Below, one piece after another: positions 36,556 through 46,217 of a DNA stretch of 64,000 nt (the stretch's first letter is position 1; every line of letters starts with the position of its first letter). Origin of the DNA: an uncultured Alphaproteobacteria bacterium (GTDB taxonomy: Bacteria; Pseudomonadota; Alphaproteobacteria; RF32; CAG-239); assembly GCA_934254925.1 (NCBI GenBank), contig CAKQMD010000001.1, positions 13,266-77,265 on the forward strand, read 5' to 3'. A program made the translations under genes and the position numbers. The notes under the pieces are model-generated. The model had not been told where the DNA came from, did no database searches, and saw only the letters and a program-made list of their open reading frames with translations.

Positions 36556-37785
36556 CTACTCATAACGCAGCGCGTTAATCGGGTTTAGCAGAGACGCTTT
36601 ATAAGCCGGATAAAAACCAAAAAACAGCCCGACAAAACCGGCAAAAGAAAACGGCAACAAAACATATGTCAAAGTCACTTGCGGCGTCAGCGAGCTGAAG
36701 GCCCGCACCATTTCGATTCCGAGCAATCCGAGGATAATCCCCACCACGCCGCCGATAAGGGAAAGTACCAGGGCTTCGGTCAAAAACTGCCAACGGATAT
36801 CCCAAGTTTTGGCACCGATGGCCATCCGAATACCAATCTCTCGCGTTCTTTCCGTCACGGACACCAGCATGATGTTCATAATGCCGATACCTCCGACAAT
36901 TAAGGAAATCCCTGCAATAGAACCCAGTAAGATCGTCATGATCTTGGTTGAATTTTCCATCATTTCCATCATCTGTGTCAGATTTCTGATGACAAAATCG
37001 TCCTCCTTATGCGTGCCGAGGTTATGCCTTTGGCGCAACAATTGACGAATTTCTTCTTGGGAAGAATAAGTGCTTTCGGCATCAACGGCCTGCAGAATGA
37101 TAAACTTCACTTGATCAGGAAAAGAAACGCCCATGACTTTTTTTTGTGCCGTCGTAATGGGAATAAACACACTGTCGTCCTGATCCTGCCCCATACCGCT
37201 CTGCCCGCGCGTTTTCAAGACGCCGATAACCTGAAAGGGGATCCCTTTAATTCGGATTGTCTTATTGATCGGATCGACGTCGCCAAACAATTCGTTTACA
37301 ACCGTTTGCCCAAGAATGGCAACCTTAGCGGCGGTACGGACGTCGCTTTCGGAGAAAAAACGCCCGTAAGCCAAGGGCCATTCTTTGATCTCGAAATTGC
37401 GGTTGTCGGTTCCGGTAATGCCGGTAGACCAGTTGGCATTACCATAGACTATTTGGGCGGTTTCCTCAAGAATGGGCGCGGCCAAACGAATGCTGCTAAT
37501 TTTTTGCTGAATAGCGTTTCCATCAGACAATTTCATCGTCGGCTGCGATCCATGACCGCCGCGGGCACCGCTGGAAGTAGCCGTGCCTGAGCGAACGATG
37601 ATCAGATTAGAGCCCATGGTCTTCATTTCATTTTGAATCGAGATTTGAGCGCCGTGCCCGATAGCCAGCATGACGATAACCGCGGCCACGCCGATGATAA
37701 TGCCCAGGCTGGTTAAGATTGAGCGCATTTTATTAGCTTTAATCGCTCGAATGGCAATACTGAATATCGTTTTCAGCTCAATCAT
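36556..37785 (-). CDS. ABC transporter permease, MacB/FtsX-like
   Basis: 409 aa. N-terminal TM, large periplasmic MacB-PCD-like domain, C-terminal FtsX 3-TM bundle. Confidence 0.8.
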   Translation of the reverse strand: MIELKTIFSIAIRAIKANKMRSILTSLGIIIGVAAVIVMLAIGHGAQISIQNEMKTMGSNLIIVRSGTATSSGARGGHGSQPTMKLSDGNAIQQKISSIRLAAPILEETAQIVYGNANWSTGITGTDNRNFEIKEWPLAYGRFFSESDVRTAAKVAILGQTVVNELFGDVDPINKTIRIKGIPFQVIGVLKTRGQSGMGQDQDDSVFIPITTAQKKVMGVSFPDQVKFIILQAVDAESTYSSQEEIRQLLRQRHNLGTHKEDDFVIRNLTQMMEMMENSTKIMTILLGSIAGISLIVGGIGIMNIMLVSVTERTREIGIRMAIGAKTWDIRWQFLTEALVLSLIGGVVGIILGLLGIEMVRAFSSLTPQVTLTYVLLPFSFAGFVGLFFGFYPAYKASLLNPINALRYE

Positions 37786-38468
37786 TTAATCCTCTCGTCG
37801 GAACTGATTTCACCATCCACAATTTTGATAATTCGGCCGGAATAACGCGCGACGTCTTCCTCATGCGTCACCAGAATAATCGTCCGCCCCATTTCCCGGT
37901 TAAGCCGCGTAAACAGTTCCATAATTTCTACGCTCATTTTGCTGTCCAAATTTCCGGTCGGTTCGTCGGCAAAAATGATCGGAGCATTGTTGACGATGGC
38001 CCGGGCAATGGCCACGCGCTGCTGTTGACCGCCGGAAAGTTGGTTGGGCTGATGATCCATCCTTTTTTCCAACCCTACCTGCTTAAGAGCGTCGATTGCC
38101 CGTTGACGGCGGGAAGCTTCGGGAACGCCGGCATAGACCATCGGCAGTTCGACGTTTTCAATGGCCGACGTTCGCGACAAGAGGTTAAAACCTTGGAAAA
38201 CAAAGCCGATTTTCTGATTACGGATTTCTGCCAACCGATCTACGGACAGGTTTTCCACCTTTTGGCCGTCGAGCCAATAATGGCCGGAAGTAGGCTTGTC
38301 CAAACAGCCGAGAATATTCATTAAAGTCGACTTTCCCGAGCCGGAAGGCCCCATGATCGCAACAAACTCCCCCTCCTCTATTTCCAAAGAAATACGTTTG
38401 AGAATATTGAGGGTAAAACCTTCAAGCGGATAACTCTTACAAATGTTTTGCAGCTTGATCAACGGCAT
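37782..38468 (-). CDS. ABC transporter ATP-binding protein (MacB/LolD-type)
   Basis: Walker A GPSGSGKST, signature LSGGQQQRVAIARA, Walker B IIFADEPTGNLD. Start overlaps the permease gene (ATGA). Confidence 0.85.
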   Translation of the reverse strand: MPLIKLQNICKSYPLEGFTLNILKRISLEIEEGEFVAIMGPSGSGKSTLMNILGCLDKPTSGHYWLDGQKVENLSVDRLAEIRNQKIGFVFQGFNLLSRTSAIENVELPMVYAGVPEASRRQRAIDALKQVGLEKRMDHQPNQLSGGQQQRVAIARAIVNNAPIIFADEPTGNLDSKMSVEIMELFTRLNREMGRTIILVTHEEDVARYSGRIIKIVDGEISSDERIK

Positions 38469-39628
38469 TAATGCGGCATCCTCATACGCATGGCCCGAGC
38501 GGCGTCATCATTACCGTTTTTCTCGACAATAACTTCTTCTCCGGCTTTCAAATCCTGACTTTTCACCTCGGTAACGTCTTCATTGCTTACCCCGGTGGTC
38601 ACGCTCACTCTTTCGGGCACGCCGCGGCGCAAAACCCAAATTCCCTTGTCTTTGTATCTTTTAGCCGTGCCGCCGTTCTCGTCTTCCATATAAAAGCGCA
38701 AAGCCTTGTTGGGCACCAATAGGACATCTTGCTTTTCGGCGGTAATGATCTCGACATTGGCGGTCATGCCCGGTTTGAGCTTCAGATCCTTATTGTCGAT
38801 CTCAATAATAACCTCATAAGTAACGACATTGGAAACCGTTACCGGATTGTTGCGCACCTGAGTCACAATGCCGTAAAAAATCTCGTCGGGAAAGCTGTCG
38901 ACGCTGAATTCGACGGTCTGTCCGTCTTTGACCTTGGCAATATCGGCTTCGACAATCGAGGCCTCAATCTGCATTTTGGTCAAATCCTCCGCCACATTAA
39001 ACAATGTCGGCGTCTGAAAACTTGCCGCCACGGTTTGTCCGACTTCCACTTCTTTGGAAACAACAATGCCGTCTACCGGCGAAACGATCTTGGTATAACG
39101 CAAATCGATTTCTGCCGTCTGCAAAGCCGCTTCCGCTTGTTTGACCTGGGCTTCCTGCAAAGCCAGCTGCACCACGGCGTTGTCATATTCGCGCTGCGCG
39201 GCTTCCAAATCCTTGTCCGTCGAATATTGCGATTTGTTCAGTTTGGAAATACGGGCCAAATTCTTCTTATAATAAACAATATCGTTTTTGCTGACGTCAA
39301 CCTGCGCCTTGGCAATATCCAGAGCTGCCCGGCGCTGTGCCACCGTCGCCTCGAACAGGGAGGGATCAATCTGTGCCAACAATTGGCCTTTTTTTACTTC
39401 GGAATTATAATCCACAAAAATCTCGGCAATCGTTCCGGAGACCTGGGTTCCTATGTTGACCGTCGAAATCGGATTGATGATGCCGGAAGCGGTGATCTTT
39501 TCGGTAATGTCCCCTTGCTTAAGCTTATTGGTCACATAATCGGGCAGTTTCGGCCCTTCCCGATTATACCAAATGCCGATTCCCGCGATAACCGCGACAA
39601 TTCCCGCCATTTTCAAATATTTGTTCAT
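38468..39628 (-). CDS. HlyD/MacA-family periplasmic adaptor subunit
   Basis: 386 aa. N-terminal TM anchor, long coiled-coil hairpin, beta-barrel and membrane-proximal domains typical of membrane fusion proteins. Confidence 0.8.
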   Translation of the reverse strand: MNKYLKMAGIVAVIAGIGIWYNREGPKLPDYVTNKLKQGDITEKITASGIINPISTVNIGTQVSGTIAEIFVDYNSEVKKGQLLAQIDPSLFEATVAQRRAALDIAKAQVDVSKNDIVYYKKNLARISKLNKSQYSTDKDLEAAQREYDNAVVQLALQEAQVKQAEAALQTAEIDLRYTKIVSPVDGIVVSKEVEVGQTVAASFQTPTLFNVAEDLTKMQIEASIVEADIAKVKDGQTVEFSVDSFPDEIFYGIVTQVRNNPVTVSNVVTYEVIIEIDNKDLKLKPGMTANVEIITAEKQDVLLVPNKALRFYMEDENGGTAKRYKDKGIWVLRRGVPERVSVTTGVSNEDVTEVKSQDLKAGEEVIVEKNGNDDAARAMRMRMPH

Positions 39629-39785
39629 TTTTGTAACCCAAAATAAAATAAACGCCCAATTTTGATTTATATATAATGATAAAAGTTTAAAATTTAATAA
39701 AAAAGACTTGTCAAATCTTTTTCTTTTGTCTAAATTGAAAGATACGTGATTATTATTTTGTTTTTATTAACCAAATTAAAAAAAA

Positions 39786-40160
39786 ATGAGTAAAGAAGAA
39801 AGACACCAAAAGGCTCAAAAATTCAGAAATGAATTATCCTGCTCTGCAGGCATTAACGCCAGTCTTATGGAAATTACCGCAAAGTTGCAGCATGCAAACA
39901 AAATTTGTCTCAGCGCCGAAACCCCGGAAGCCAAAGTGATCGCCGAAAATGATCTGGCTGCACTTTTTTCCCGGCTTCGTTACAAAATCGTTGAGCTTTT
40001 AAGCAAAACGCAATATTGCACACCCCAAACTTACGATAATTTCCCAAAGATGCTGAACGTTCTGAGCTTTTGCGCCGACGAGACTGTCAGTAACAAAGCT
40101 CACAGCTATGCCGTCAAAAACAAATTGAAATACACCAAGCAATTTGTTACGGCGGAATAA
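39786..40160 (+). CDS. hypothetical protein (AT-rich islet)
   Basis: 124-aa ORF in a ~35-40% GC region between the two efflux operons. No motif. Confidence 0.4.
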   Translation: MSKEERHQKAQKFRNELSCSAGINASLMEITAKLQHANKICLSAETPEAKVIAENDLAALFSRLRYKIVELLSKTQYCTPQTYDNFPKMLNVLSFCADETVSNKAHSYAVKNKLKYTKQFVTAE

Positions 40161-40202
40161 CCCAGCAGCTATTTTTTTAATCCTATTAAATTTTTTATTA
40201 TT

Positions 40203-40805
40203 ATGAAAAAAGAAAAGAGAAGAGAAATTTTTGACGTTGACACCGAAGAAAGAAAAAGAATTAATCAAATTAAAGAAAAGTTATTTCTTGAGATTTTCTC
40301 CAAAGACAACAGAGAAAACATCAAGCGCTTCCTTGAAGAATTCCAAAGAGAAATGCGGGCCAAAAGAAAAAACGCCTTGGTCAGCGGCAAAGAAAGCGAC
40401 GCTTTTTTCTCTTTTGACGAACTGGCCAAATTTGAACTTTGCGTTCAATATTGCCCTTATCAGAAATTTCCGCTCCAAGTGGGTGATCTGCTTATCGAAG
40501 GGCTGAAATATCAGCAAAAGTGTATTAAAAACTACACCTACGAATACACCGACAAATTGCTGAAAAGCGACGAAACCCCAAATTTGGCAGGTTTTCTCAT
40601 GCGAATGTTGGCACGTAATTACGTTTCCAAATATGGCTGGAAACTCATACGCACCAATTATGAAATCATAAGCTCAACTTTTCCTCCGTTTATCTTGAAA
40701 GACTTTATAAACAATTGGGCGGAAGACGAACTGACCAGAAAAAAATGGGAAGAACTCGACAAAGAGTTTGGAACAAAATTTAACTTCGTTGAAAAATTCA
40801 GTTAA
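40203..40805 (+). CDS. hypothetical protein (AT-rich islet)
   Basis: 200-aa Lys/Glu-rich ORF. ~30-35% GC. No motif. Confidence 0.4.
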   Translation: MKKEKRREIFDVDTEERKRINQIKEKLFLEIFSKDNRENIKRFLEEFQREMRAKRKNALVSGKESDAFFSFDELAKFELCVQYCPYQKFPLQVGDLLIEGLKYQQKCIKNYTYEYTDKLLKSDETPNLAGFLMRMLARNYVSKYGWKLIRTNYEIISSTFPPFILKDFINNWAEDELTRKKWEELDKEFGTKFNFVEKFS

Positions 40806-40936
40806 ATTCATAATTAATTTTTTTGGTTATTCTAAGAGAAAAACCCGGCTGCCGCAAGGCACCCGGGTTTTTGTTTACCTTGTTTTCCCCTCCGGCCCGC
40901 CGTTTTTTCCGCGGGCTTTCAGAGGAAAGAGACGTC

Positions 40937-43900
40937 TCACTGCAGGCTTTTGAGCAACGGACGTCCCTTTTTGACCGCACGTTTTTTTATTTTGCGCTTG
41001 AGGATCTGTTCTTCATCAAACAGTTCTCCGATAATTGCAAACATCATCGGCACAAACAAAGTCGCGACGAACGTGGACGCGATCATGCCGCCGACCATGC
41101 CGGTTCCGATGGCATGACGACTGCCGGCACCGGCGCCGCTACTGACGACCAGAGGCAAAATGCCGAAAGTAAACGCCAGAGAAGTCATCACAATCGGGCG
41201 GAAGCGCAGTTTGGCCGCCGACAGGGCCGCCTCAGCATAGTTCTTTCCGCTTTGCACCTCCATCACGGCAAATTCCACAATCAGAATGGCATTTTTAGCG
41301 GCCAAACCAATCAGCGTTACCAGACCGATTTGGAAATAAAGATCATTTTCCAACCCGCGCAGCCAGGTGGCCAGCAAAGCACCGAAAACGGCAAACGGCA
41401 CAGACAAAATCACCACAAACGGCAGCGACCATTTTTCATACTGCGCCGAAAGGATCAGAAAGATCATGATCAGACCAAAGATAAAAGCCTGGGTAGAGGC
41501 GCCGCCGGTCAGTTTTTCCTGATAAGCCGAACCGACCCAAGACAAGTCATAATCCGGTCCGAGGACTTGCGCAGCTGTTTCTTCCATAGCGGCAATCGCT
41601 TGTCCCGAGCTGTATCCCGGCGCCGGATCTCCCGTCACCTTCGCCGCGGGGAAAATGTTAAAGCGATTGATCAGCTCCGGCCCGATGATCCGTTTGACGT
41701 CGATTAACGTAGACAAGGGAATCAACTTGCCATCGTTGGATTTGGCATAAACATAGCGCAAATCATCCGGCGTGCGGCGGAAACGCGCCTCCGACTGAAC
41801 CGTTACGCGGAAGTTGCGGCCAAAATAAGTAAAGTCGTTGACATACAGGCTGCCGAAGGTGGCCTGCATCACCGCATAGATTTGGTTGATCGGCACATTA
41901 AGCGCCCGCGCCTTCTCGCGGTCCAGCTCAATCGAATATTGCGGCGTGCTGACGGAAAAAGTTGTCCGCACGTTGCTCAGAGCCGGATTTTTATTGGCCG
42001 CATTCACCAATTCCTGCGTTTTTTCCATCAGCTGCGCCGAGGTATGGCCGCCCTTGTTCTGAACATAACCTTCAAATCCTCCGGTCATGCTCAGTCCCAT
42101 AATCGGCGGCATGTTAAAGGCATAAGAAAGTCCTTCGGCCTGGCGCATGCCCATTCCGGTCATCAAAGCGGCGATTTCATCGGCACTTTGGCCTTTTCCC
42201 TCGCGTTTGGCCCAATCTTCGAGCACCACGAAGCTGATTCCCGAATAGGTGTTTTGCGAGGAGGACAAGATGTCATAACCGTTAATGGTAATCATGTCCT
42301 TGACCAGCGGATTTTCCTTGACCTGTGCCGTCAATTTATCGGTATATTTGGTGGTTCGGCCCAAAGAGGAAGCCGCCGGCATCGAATGCGCCATCAGCAG
42401 GGTTCCCTGGTCTTCCATCGGCACCAAACCGCCGGGAATGACCTTGAACAGGCCCAAGATCAGCACGATCATGCCGGCAAAGGCCAGAAGCGTCAGCTTG
42501 CGGAAATGCAAACAAAAGCGCACGCCGGCCAAATACCAGTCGGTCAGTTTTTCAAAAAACCGGTTAAACAATCTAAAGAACAGAGCCGGTTCACGGTGGG
42601 TCGGTTTCAAGAGAATGGCGCACAGCGCCGGAGTCAAAGTCAGTGCCACAAAGGCTGAAATAAGCACCGAAATAGCGATGGTTACGGCAAACTGCTTATA
42701 CATCATTCCGGTCATGCCGCCCAAAAAGGCAATCGGCAAAAAGACGGAAGACAAAACCAAGGCCACCGCGACCACCGGTCCGGAGACCTCCTTCATCGCC
42801 TTGAAGCAGGCTTCTTTGACCGAAAGCTTTTCTTCGCTTATCAGACGTTCGACGTTCTCAATCACGATAATGGCGTCGTCCACCACGATACCGATGGCCA
42901 GAATCAGACCAAACAGGGTCAACAGGTTGATGGAAAAGCCTAACAGATACATGCCGGCAAAAGCACCGATGATGGAAACCGGCACCGCCAAAATCGGAAT
43001 AATCGTGGCACGCCAGTTTTGCAAGAACAGATAAACCACCAAGACCACCAAAAACACGGCTTCAAAAAAGGTATGAATCACTTCTTCAATCGAGATGTTC
43101 ACAAAAATCGTCGTATCATAAGGGATGGAATAAGAGATGCCTTCGGGAAACTTTTTCGACAGCTCCGCCATTTTGGCCTTTACCGCCGCCGAGGTTTCCA
43201 AGGCATTGGCGCCGGACTGCAGGTAAACGGCAAAAGCCACGGCTTTTTCGTTGTTCTGCTGAGAAGAAACGCTGTAATCCTGAGCACCGAGTTCTATTCG
43301 GGCCACGTCTTTCAGCCGCAGCATGGCGCCGCTGCTGTCGCTCTTGAGAATAATGTTGCCGAACTCCTCCTCGGAAGTCAGCCGCCCTTTGGTGTTTACG
43401 CTGTAAGTATAAGGCAAATATTCATCCATCGGTTCCTGCCCGAAGCGGCCGGCCGCAAACTGGGAATTCTGTTCCTGAATGGCCGTGGTCACGTCCAGCG
43501 GCGTCAGGTTATAATCCGCCAGCTTGTCAGGGCTGAGCCAGATGCGCATCGAATAGTCCTGACTGGCGAATAAAGACGCTGATCCGACGCCCTTAATACG
43601 TTTGATTTCGTCCAAAACGTTCAGCAGCGCATAGTTGGAAACATAAACCGTGTCATATTTGTCAGAATCGGACTTCATGGTCACCACCTGCAAAATGGCG
43701 TTGGACTTTTGCTCCACGGTTACGCCTTGTTTGGTGACTTCGCTCGGCAACTTGGCCGTTGCGGCCTGAACTTTGTTGTTAACGTCAATCGTTGCCTGAT
43801 CGGGATCGGTACCGATCTCAAAAACCACGCCGATGGTCAGATAACCGCTGGAAGTGGCGGTGGAATACATGTAAATCATGTTGTTGACACCGTTGAGCTC

Positions 43901-44104
43901 CTGTTCGATCGGCGCCGCCACAGTATCGGCCAAGACTTCGGCCGTTGCGCCCGGATAAACCGCGGAGATCTGAATTTCCGGCGGCACGATGTTCGGATAT
44001 TGCTCAATCGGCAGCACCTTCATGGAGACCAAACCGGCCAAGACGATAATCAATGACAAGACCGTTGCAAAAATCGGCCTTTTAATAAAGAACTCTGAGA
44101 ACAT
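40937..44104 (-). CDS. RND multidrug efflux transporter, AcrB/HAE1 family
   Basis: 1055 aa. 12-TM / two-large-periplasmic-loop architecture with the conserved AcrB N-terminus (MFSEFFIKRPIFATVLSLIIVLAG...). Confidence 0.95.
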   Translation of the reverse strand: MFSEFFIKRPIFATVLSLIIVLAGLVSMKVLPIEQYPNIVPPEIQISAVYPGATAEVLADTVAAPIEQELNGVNNMIYMYSTATSSGYLTIGVVFEIGTDPDQATIDVNNKVQAATAKLPSEVTKQGVTVEQKSNAILQVVTMKSDSDKYDTVYVSNYALLNVLDEIKRIKGVGSASLFASQDYSMRIWLSPDKLADYNLTPLDVTTAIQEQNSQFAAGRFGQEPMDEYLPYTYSVNTKGRLTSEEEFGNIILKSDSSGAMLRLKDVARIELGAQDYSVSSQQNNEKAVAFAVYLQSGANALETSAAVKAKMAELSKKFPEGISYSIPYDTTIFVNISIEEVIHTFFEAVFLVVLVVYLFLQNWRATIIPILAVPVSIIGAFAGMYLLGFSINLLTLFGLILAIGIVVDDAIIVIENVERLISEEKLSVKEACFKAMKEVSGPVVAVALVLSSVFLPIAFLGGMTGMMYKQFAVTIAISVLISAFVALTLTPALCAILLKPTHREPALFFRLFNRFFEKLTDWYLAGVRFCLHFRKLTLLAFAGMIVLILGLFKVIPGGLVPMEDQGTLLMAHSMPAASSLGRTTKYTDKLTAQVKENPLVKDMITINGYDILSSSQNTYSGISFVVLEDWAKREGKGQSADEIAALMTGMGMRQAEGLSYAFNMPPIMGLSMTGGFEGYVQNKGGHTSAQLMEKTQELVNAANKNPALSNVRTTFSVSTPQYSIELDREKARALNVPINQIYAVMQATFGSLYVNDFTYFGRNFRVTVQSEARFRRTPDDLRYVYAKSNDGKLIPLSTLIDVKRIIGPELINRFNIFPAAKVTGDPAPGYSSGQAIAAMEETAAQVLGPDYDLSWVGSAYQEKLTGGASTQAFIFGLIMIFLILSAQYEKWSLPFVVILSVPFAVFGALLATWLRGLENDLYFQIGLVTLIGLAAKNAILIVEFAVMEVQSGKNYAEAALSAAKLRFRPIVMTSLAFTFGILPLVVSSGAGAGSRHAIGTGMVGGMIASTFVATLFVPMMFAIIGELFDEEQILKRKIKKRAVKKGRPLLKSLQ

Positions 44105-44126
44105 CTCTCTTCCCTTTTCTTAAAAA

Positions 44127-45335
44127 TTATTCCGCCGGAGTTGTCACTTCCGCTGCGGCATTGTCAGCGGCGGGGTTTGTTTCTTCCAGTGTGGTCGTTT
44201 GGCGGTCGATTTCCTTTTCAACCGCTTTTACCGGCATTCCTGGACGCAGTTTCATCAGGCTGCTGACGGCAACCAGTTCGCCCGGCTGCAACCCTTGGTC
44301 GATAATCCATTCACCTTCCTGCGTGGTCAGGCCGATTTTTACCTGGCGAGATTCGATTTTGCCTTCTTCACCCACCACATAGACATAAGATCCGTCGGCT
44401 CCCTGCATGACGGCTTCCTGCGGCAGGACCACCGCGTCTTTGCGCACCAGACCTTCCAAAACCAAGCGCATAAACTGGCCGGGCATCAGTTTTCTTTCGG
44501 GATTGGGGAAAACGGCTCGCAGCTTGATTGTTCCGGTATTCTCGTCAATCGTCGGGTTAACGAAGTTGATCTCGCCTTCCCGCTCGTAGACTTTGCCGTT
44601 GCTGGACTTGATCTTGGCCTTGATGTCTTTTTTGTATTGCGGCTGGATGATCAGTCCCTGTTCAATCATGGCGCCGAGTTTGAACATATCCGAATCCGCC
44701 GCCGAGAAGACCACATAAATCGGATCCAATTGCGTAATCGTGGTCAGTTGACCGTTTGCCGCGATCAAACTGCCTTCGGACTGGGTTTCCATGCTGGTGA
44801 TGCCGCTGATCGGCGCCCGCACGGTGGTATAGTCCAAATTCAGCTGCGCGGCATCGACGTCAGCCTGAGCGGCCGCCAGATTGGCCTTCAAACCGTCATA
44901 ATTTGCCCGGGCTTCGTCACGGGCCTTTTCGCTGACGATGCGATCCTTAAACAGCTTTTCAATCCGTTTCCATTGGGTTTCTGCCGCTTTCAGCTGAGCT
45001 TCAACCTGCAGCAAACGGGCCTTAGCCTGGGAAAGAGCCACCTTGTAGGGTTCGGGGTCAATCTCAAACAGCACGCTGCCTTCCTCTACCGTGGAACCTT
45101 CGACATAGTTGCGTTTGAGCAAAATGCCGCCAACCCTGGCGCGAACCTCGGTTTCCTTTGAACCTTGAGCTCGTGCGGCAAACTCAAAAGACAACGGAAT
45201 ATTTTGCGCCTGAGTTTTGACGGCTACGACTTCCGGCACCTGCTGTGCGGCGGTTTGGGCGCCGTTTTCCTCTTTACAGGCCGTCATGGCAAGCAGTGCC
45301 GCCGTCAACATCATTGCTTTATTCTTAAAAAACAT
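44127..45335 (-). CDS. RND efflux periplasmic adaptor (AcrA/MexA family) lipoprotein
   Basis: Lipobox MTAC, RLLQVEAQL coiled coil, beta-barrel domain. Immediately upstream of the RND pump gene. Confidence 0.85.
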   Translation of the reverse strand: MFFKNKAMMLTAALLAMTACKEENGAQTAAQQVPEVVAVKTQAQNIPLSFEFAARAQGSKETEVRARVGGILLKRNYVEGSTVEEGSVLFEIDPEPYKVALSQAKARLLQVEAQLKAAETQWKRIEKLFKDRIVSEKARDEARANYDGLKANLAAAQADVDAAQLNLDYTTVRAPISGITSMETQSEGSLIAANGQLTTITQLDPIYVVFSAADSDMFKLGAMIEQGLIIQPQYKKDIKAKIKSSNGKVYEREGEINFVNPTIDENTGTIKLRAVFPNPERKLMPGQFMRLVLEGLVRKDAVVLPQEAVMQGADGSYVYVVGEEGKIESRQVKIGLTTQEGEWIIDQGLQPGELVAVSSLMKLRPGMPVKAVEKEIDRQTTTLEETNPAADNAAAEVTTPAE

Positions 45336-45559
45336 TTCTCTTTCCTTTGCAAAAAATAACGATTGTCTATCAGGTTACTATAAACGTAATAAAAAACAAT
45401 ATTTTTCATTCATAGCCGAAGGTTGTGGATATTTATATATGTATATTTGCATTCTTGAAAATCCATTCATGACGATTAGGTATTTAAGCAGCTGATGAAA
45501 ATGAGCAAACTATCCCTTTCATACAAAACAGATTTATTAATTTTACAAGGAGAATTAAG

Positions 45560-46144
45560 ATGACTGAAGGTGTACGTTTTCCGACTTTCGCATTCATTAC
45601 CGGCGGCGCCGGCCAGGCCGACGACGGTATTCCGCCGCAACCTTTTGAAACCTTCTGCTATGATTCCGCTTTGATGCAGGCAAAAATCGAAAACTTTAAC
45701 GTCGTTCCTTATACCTCGGTTCTGCCGAAGGAGCTTTACGGGAAAATTCTTCCCATTAACGACAAGATTGTCAGCCAGTTCAAACACGGCGCCGTTTTGG
45801 AAGTCATTATGGCCGGACACGGTGCCAGCCGCGACCAGCACAAGGCCATTGCAACCGGTTTGGGCGTCTGCTGGGGCAAGGATAAAAACGGTGAGCTGAT
45901 CGGCGGCTGGGCGGCAGAATACGTTGAGTTCTTCGACACCCAGATTGACGACGACATTGCCAAAGGCCATGCCGAAATGTGGCTTACCAAGTCTTTGAAC
46001 CACGAATTGTCGATCCGCGGCGTAGAAAAACACTCCGAATTCCAGATGTGGCACAACTACGTCAATATCACCCAACAGTTTGGTTACAGCTTGACTGCAA
46101 TGGGTTTCCTGAACTTTGAGCATGCAGCTCCGGCTCAGGCATAA
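45560..46144 (+). CDS. pyruvoyl-dependent arginine decarboxylase (AaxB-like)
   Basis: 194 aa. N-terminal [13 protein letters not shown] and a candidate Thr-Ser self-cleavage site in VVPYTSVLP. The size and neighbouring APC antiporter match the aaxB-aaxC arrangement. Confidence 0.65.
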   Translation: MTEGVRFPTFAFITGGAGQADDGIPPQPFETFCYDSALMQAKIENFNVVPYTSVLPKELYGKILPINDKIVSQFKHGAVLEVIMAGHGASRDQHKAIATGLGVCWGKDKNGELIGGWAAEYVEFFDTQIDDDIAKGHAEMWLTKSLNHELSIRGVEKHSEFQMWHNYVNITQQFGYSLTAMGFLNFEHAAPAQA

Positions 46145-46217
46145 TCTTTTCCGCCACCCTTGACGCAATCAAGGGTGGCGCATTGTTTTTTTAACTGATT
46201 TTTCAAGGAATAACCTC

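Noticed and set aside
36129-36578. 149-aa + strand ORF downstream of tRNA-Asn
   Set aside because: It spans the tandem 183-bp repeats. The internally repeated peptide is an artefact of the DNA repeat, not a gene.
44199-45161. 320-aa + strand ORF
   Set aside because: Antisense to the RND adaptor gene.
45476-46168. 230-aa minus-strand ORF
   Set aside because: Antisense to the AaxB-like gene, which has a proper RBS (AGGAGA) and family motifs.
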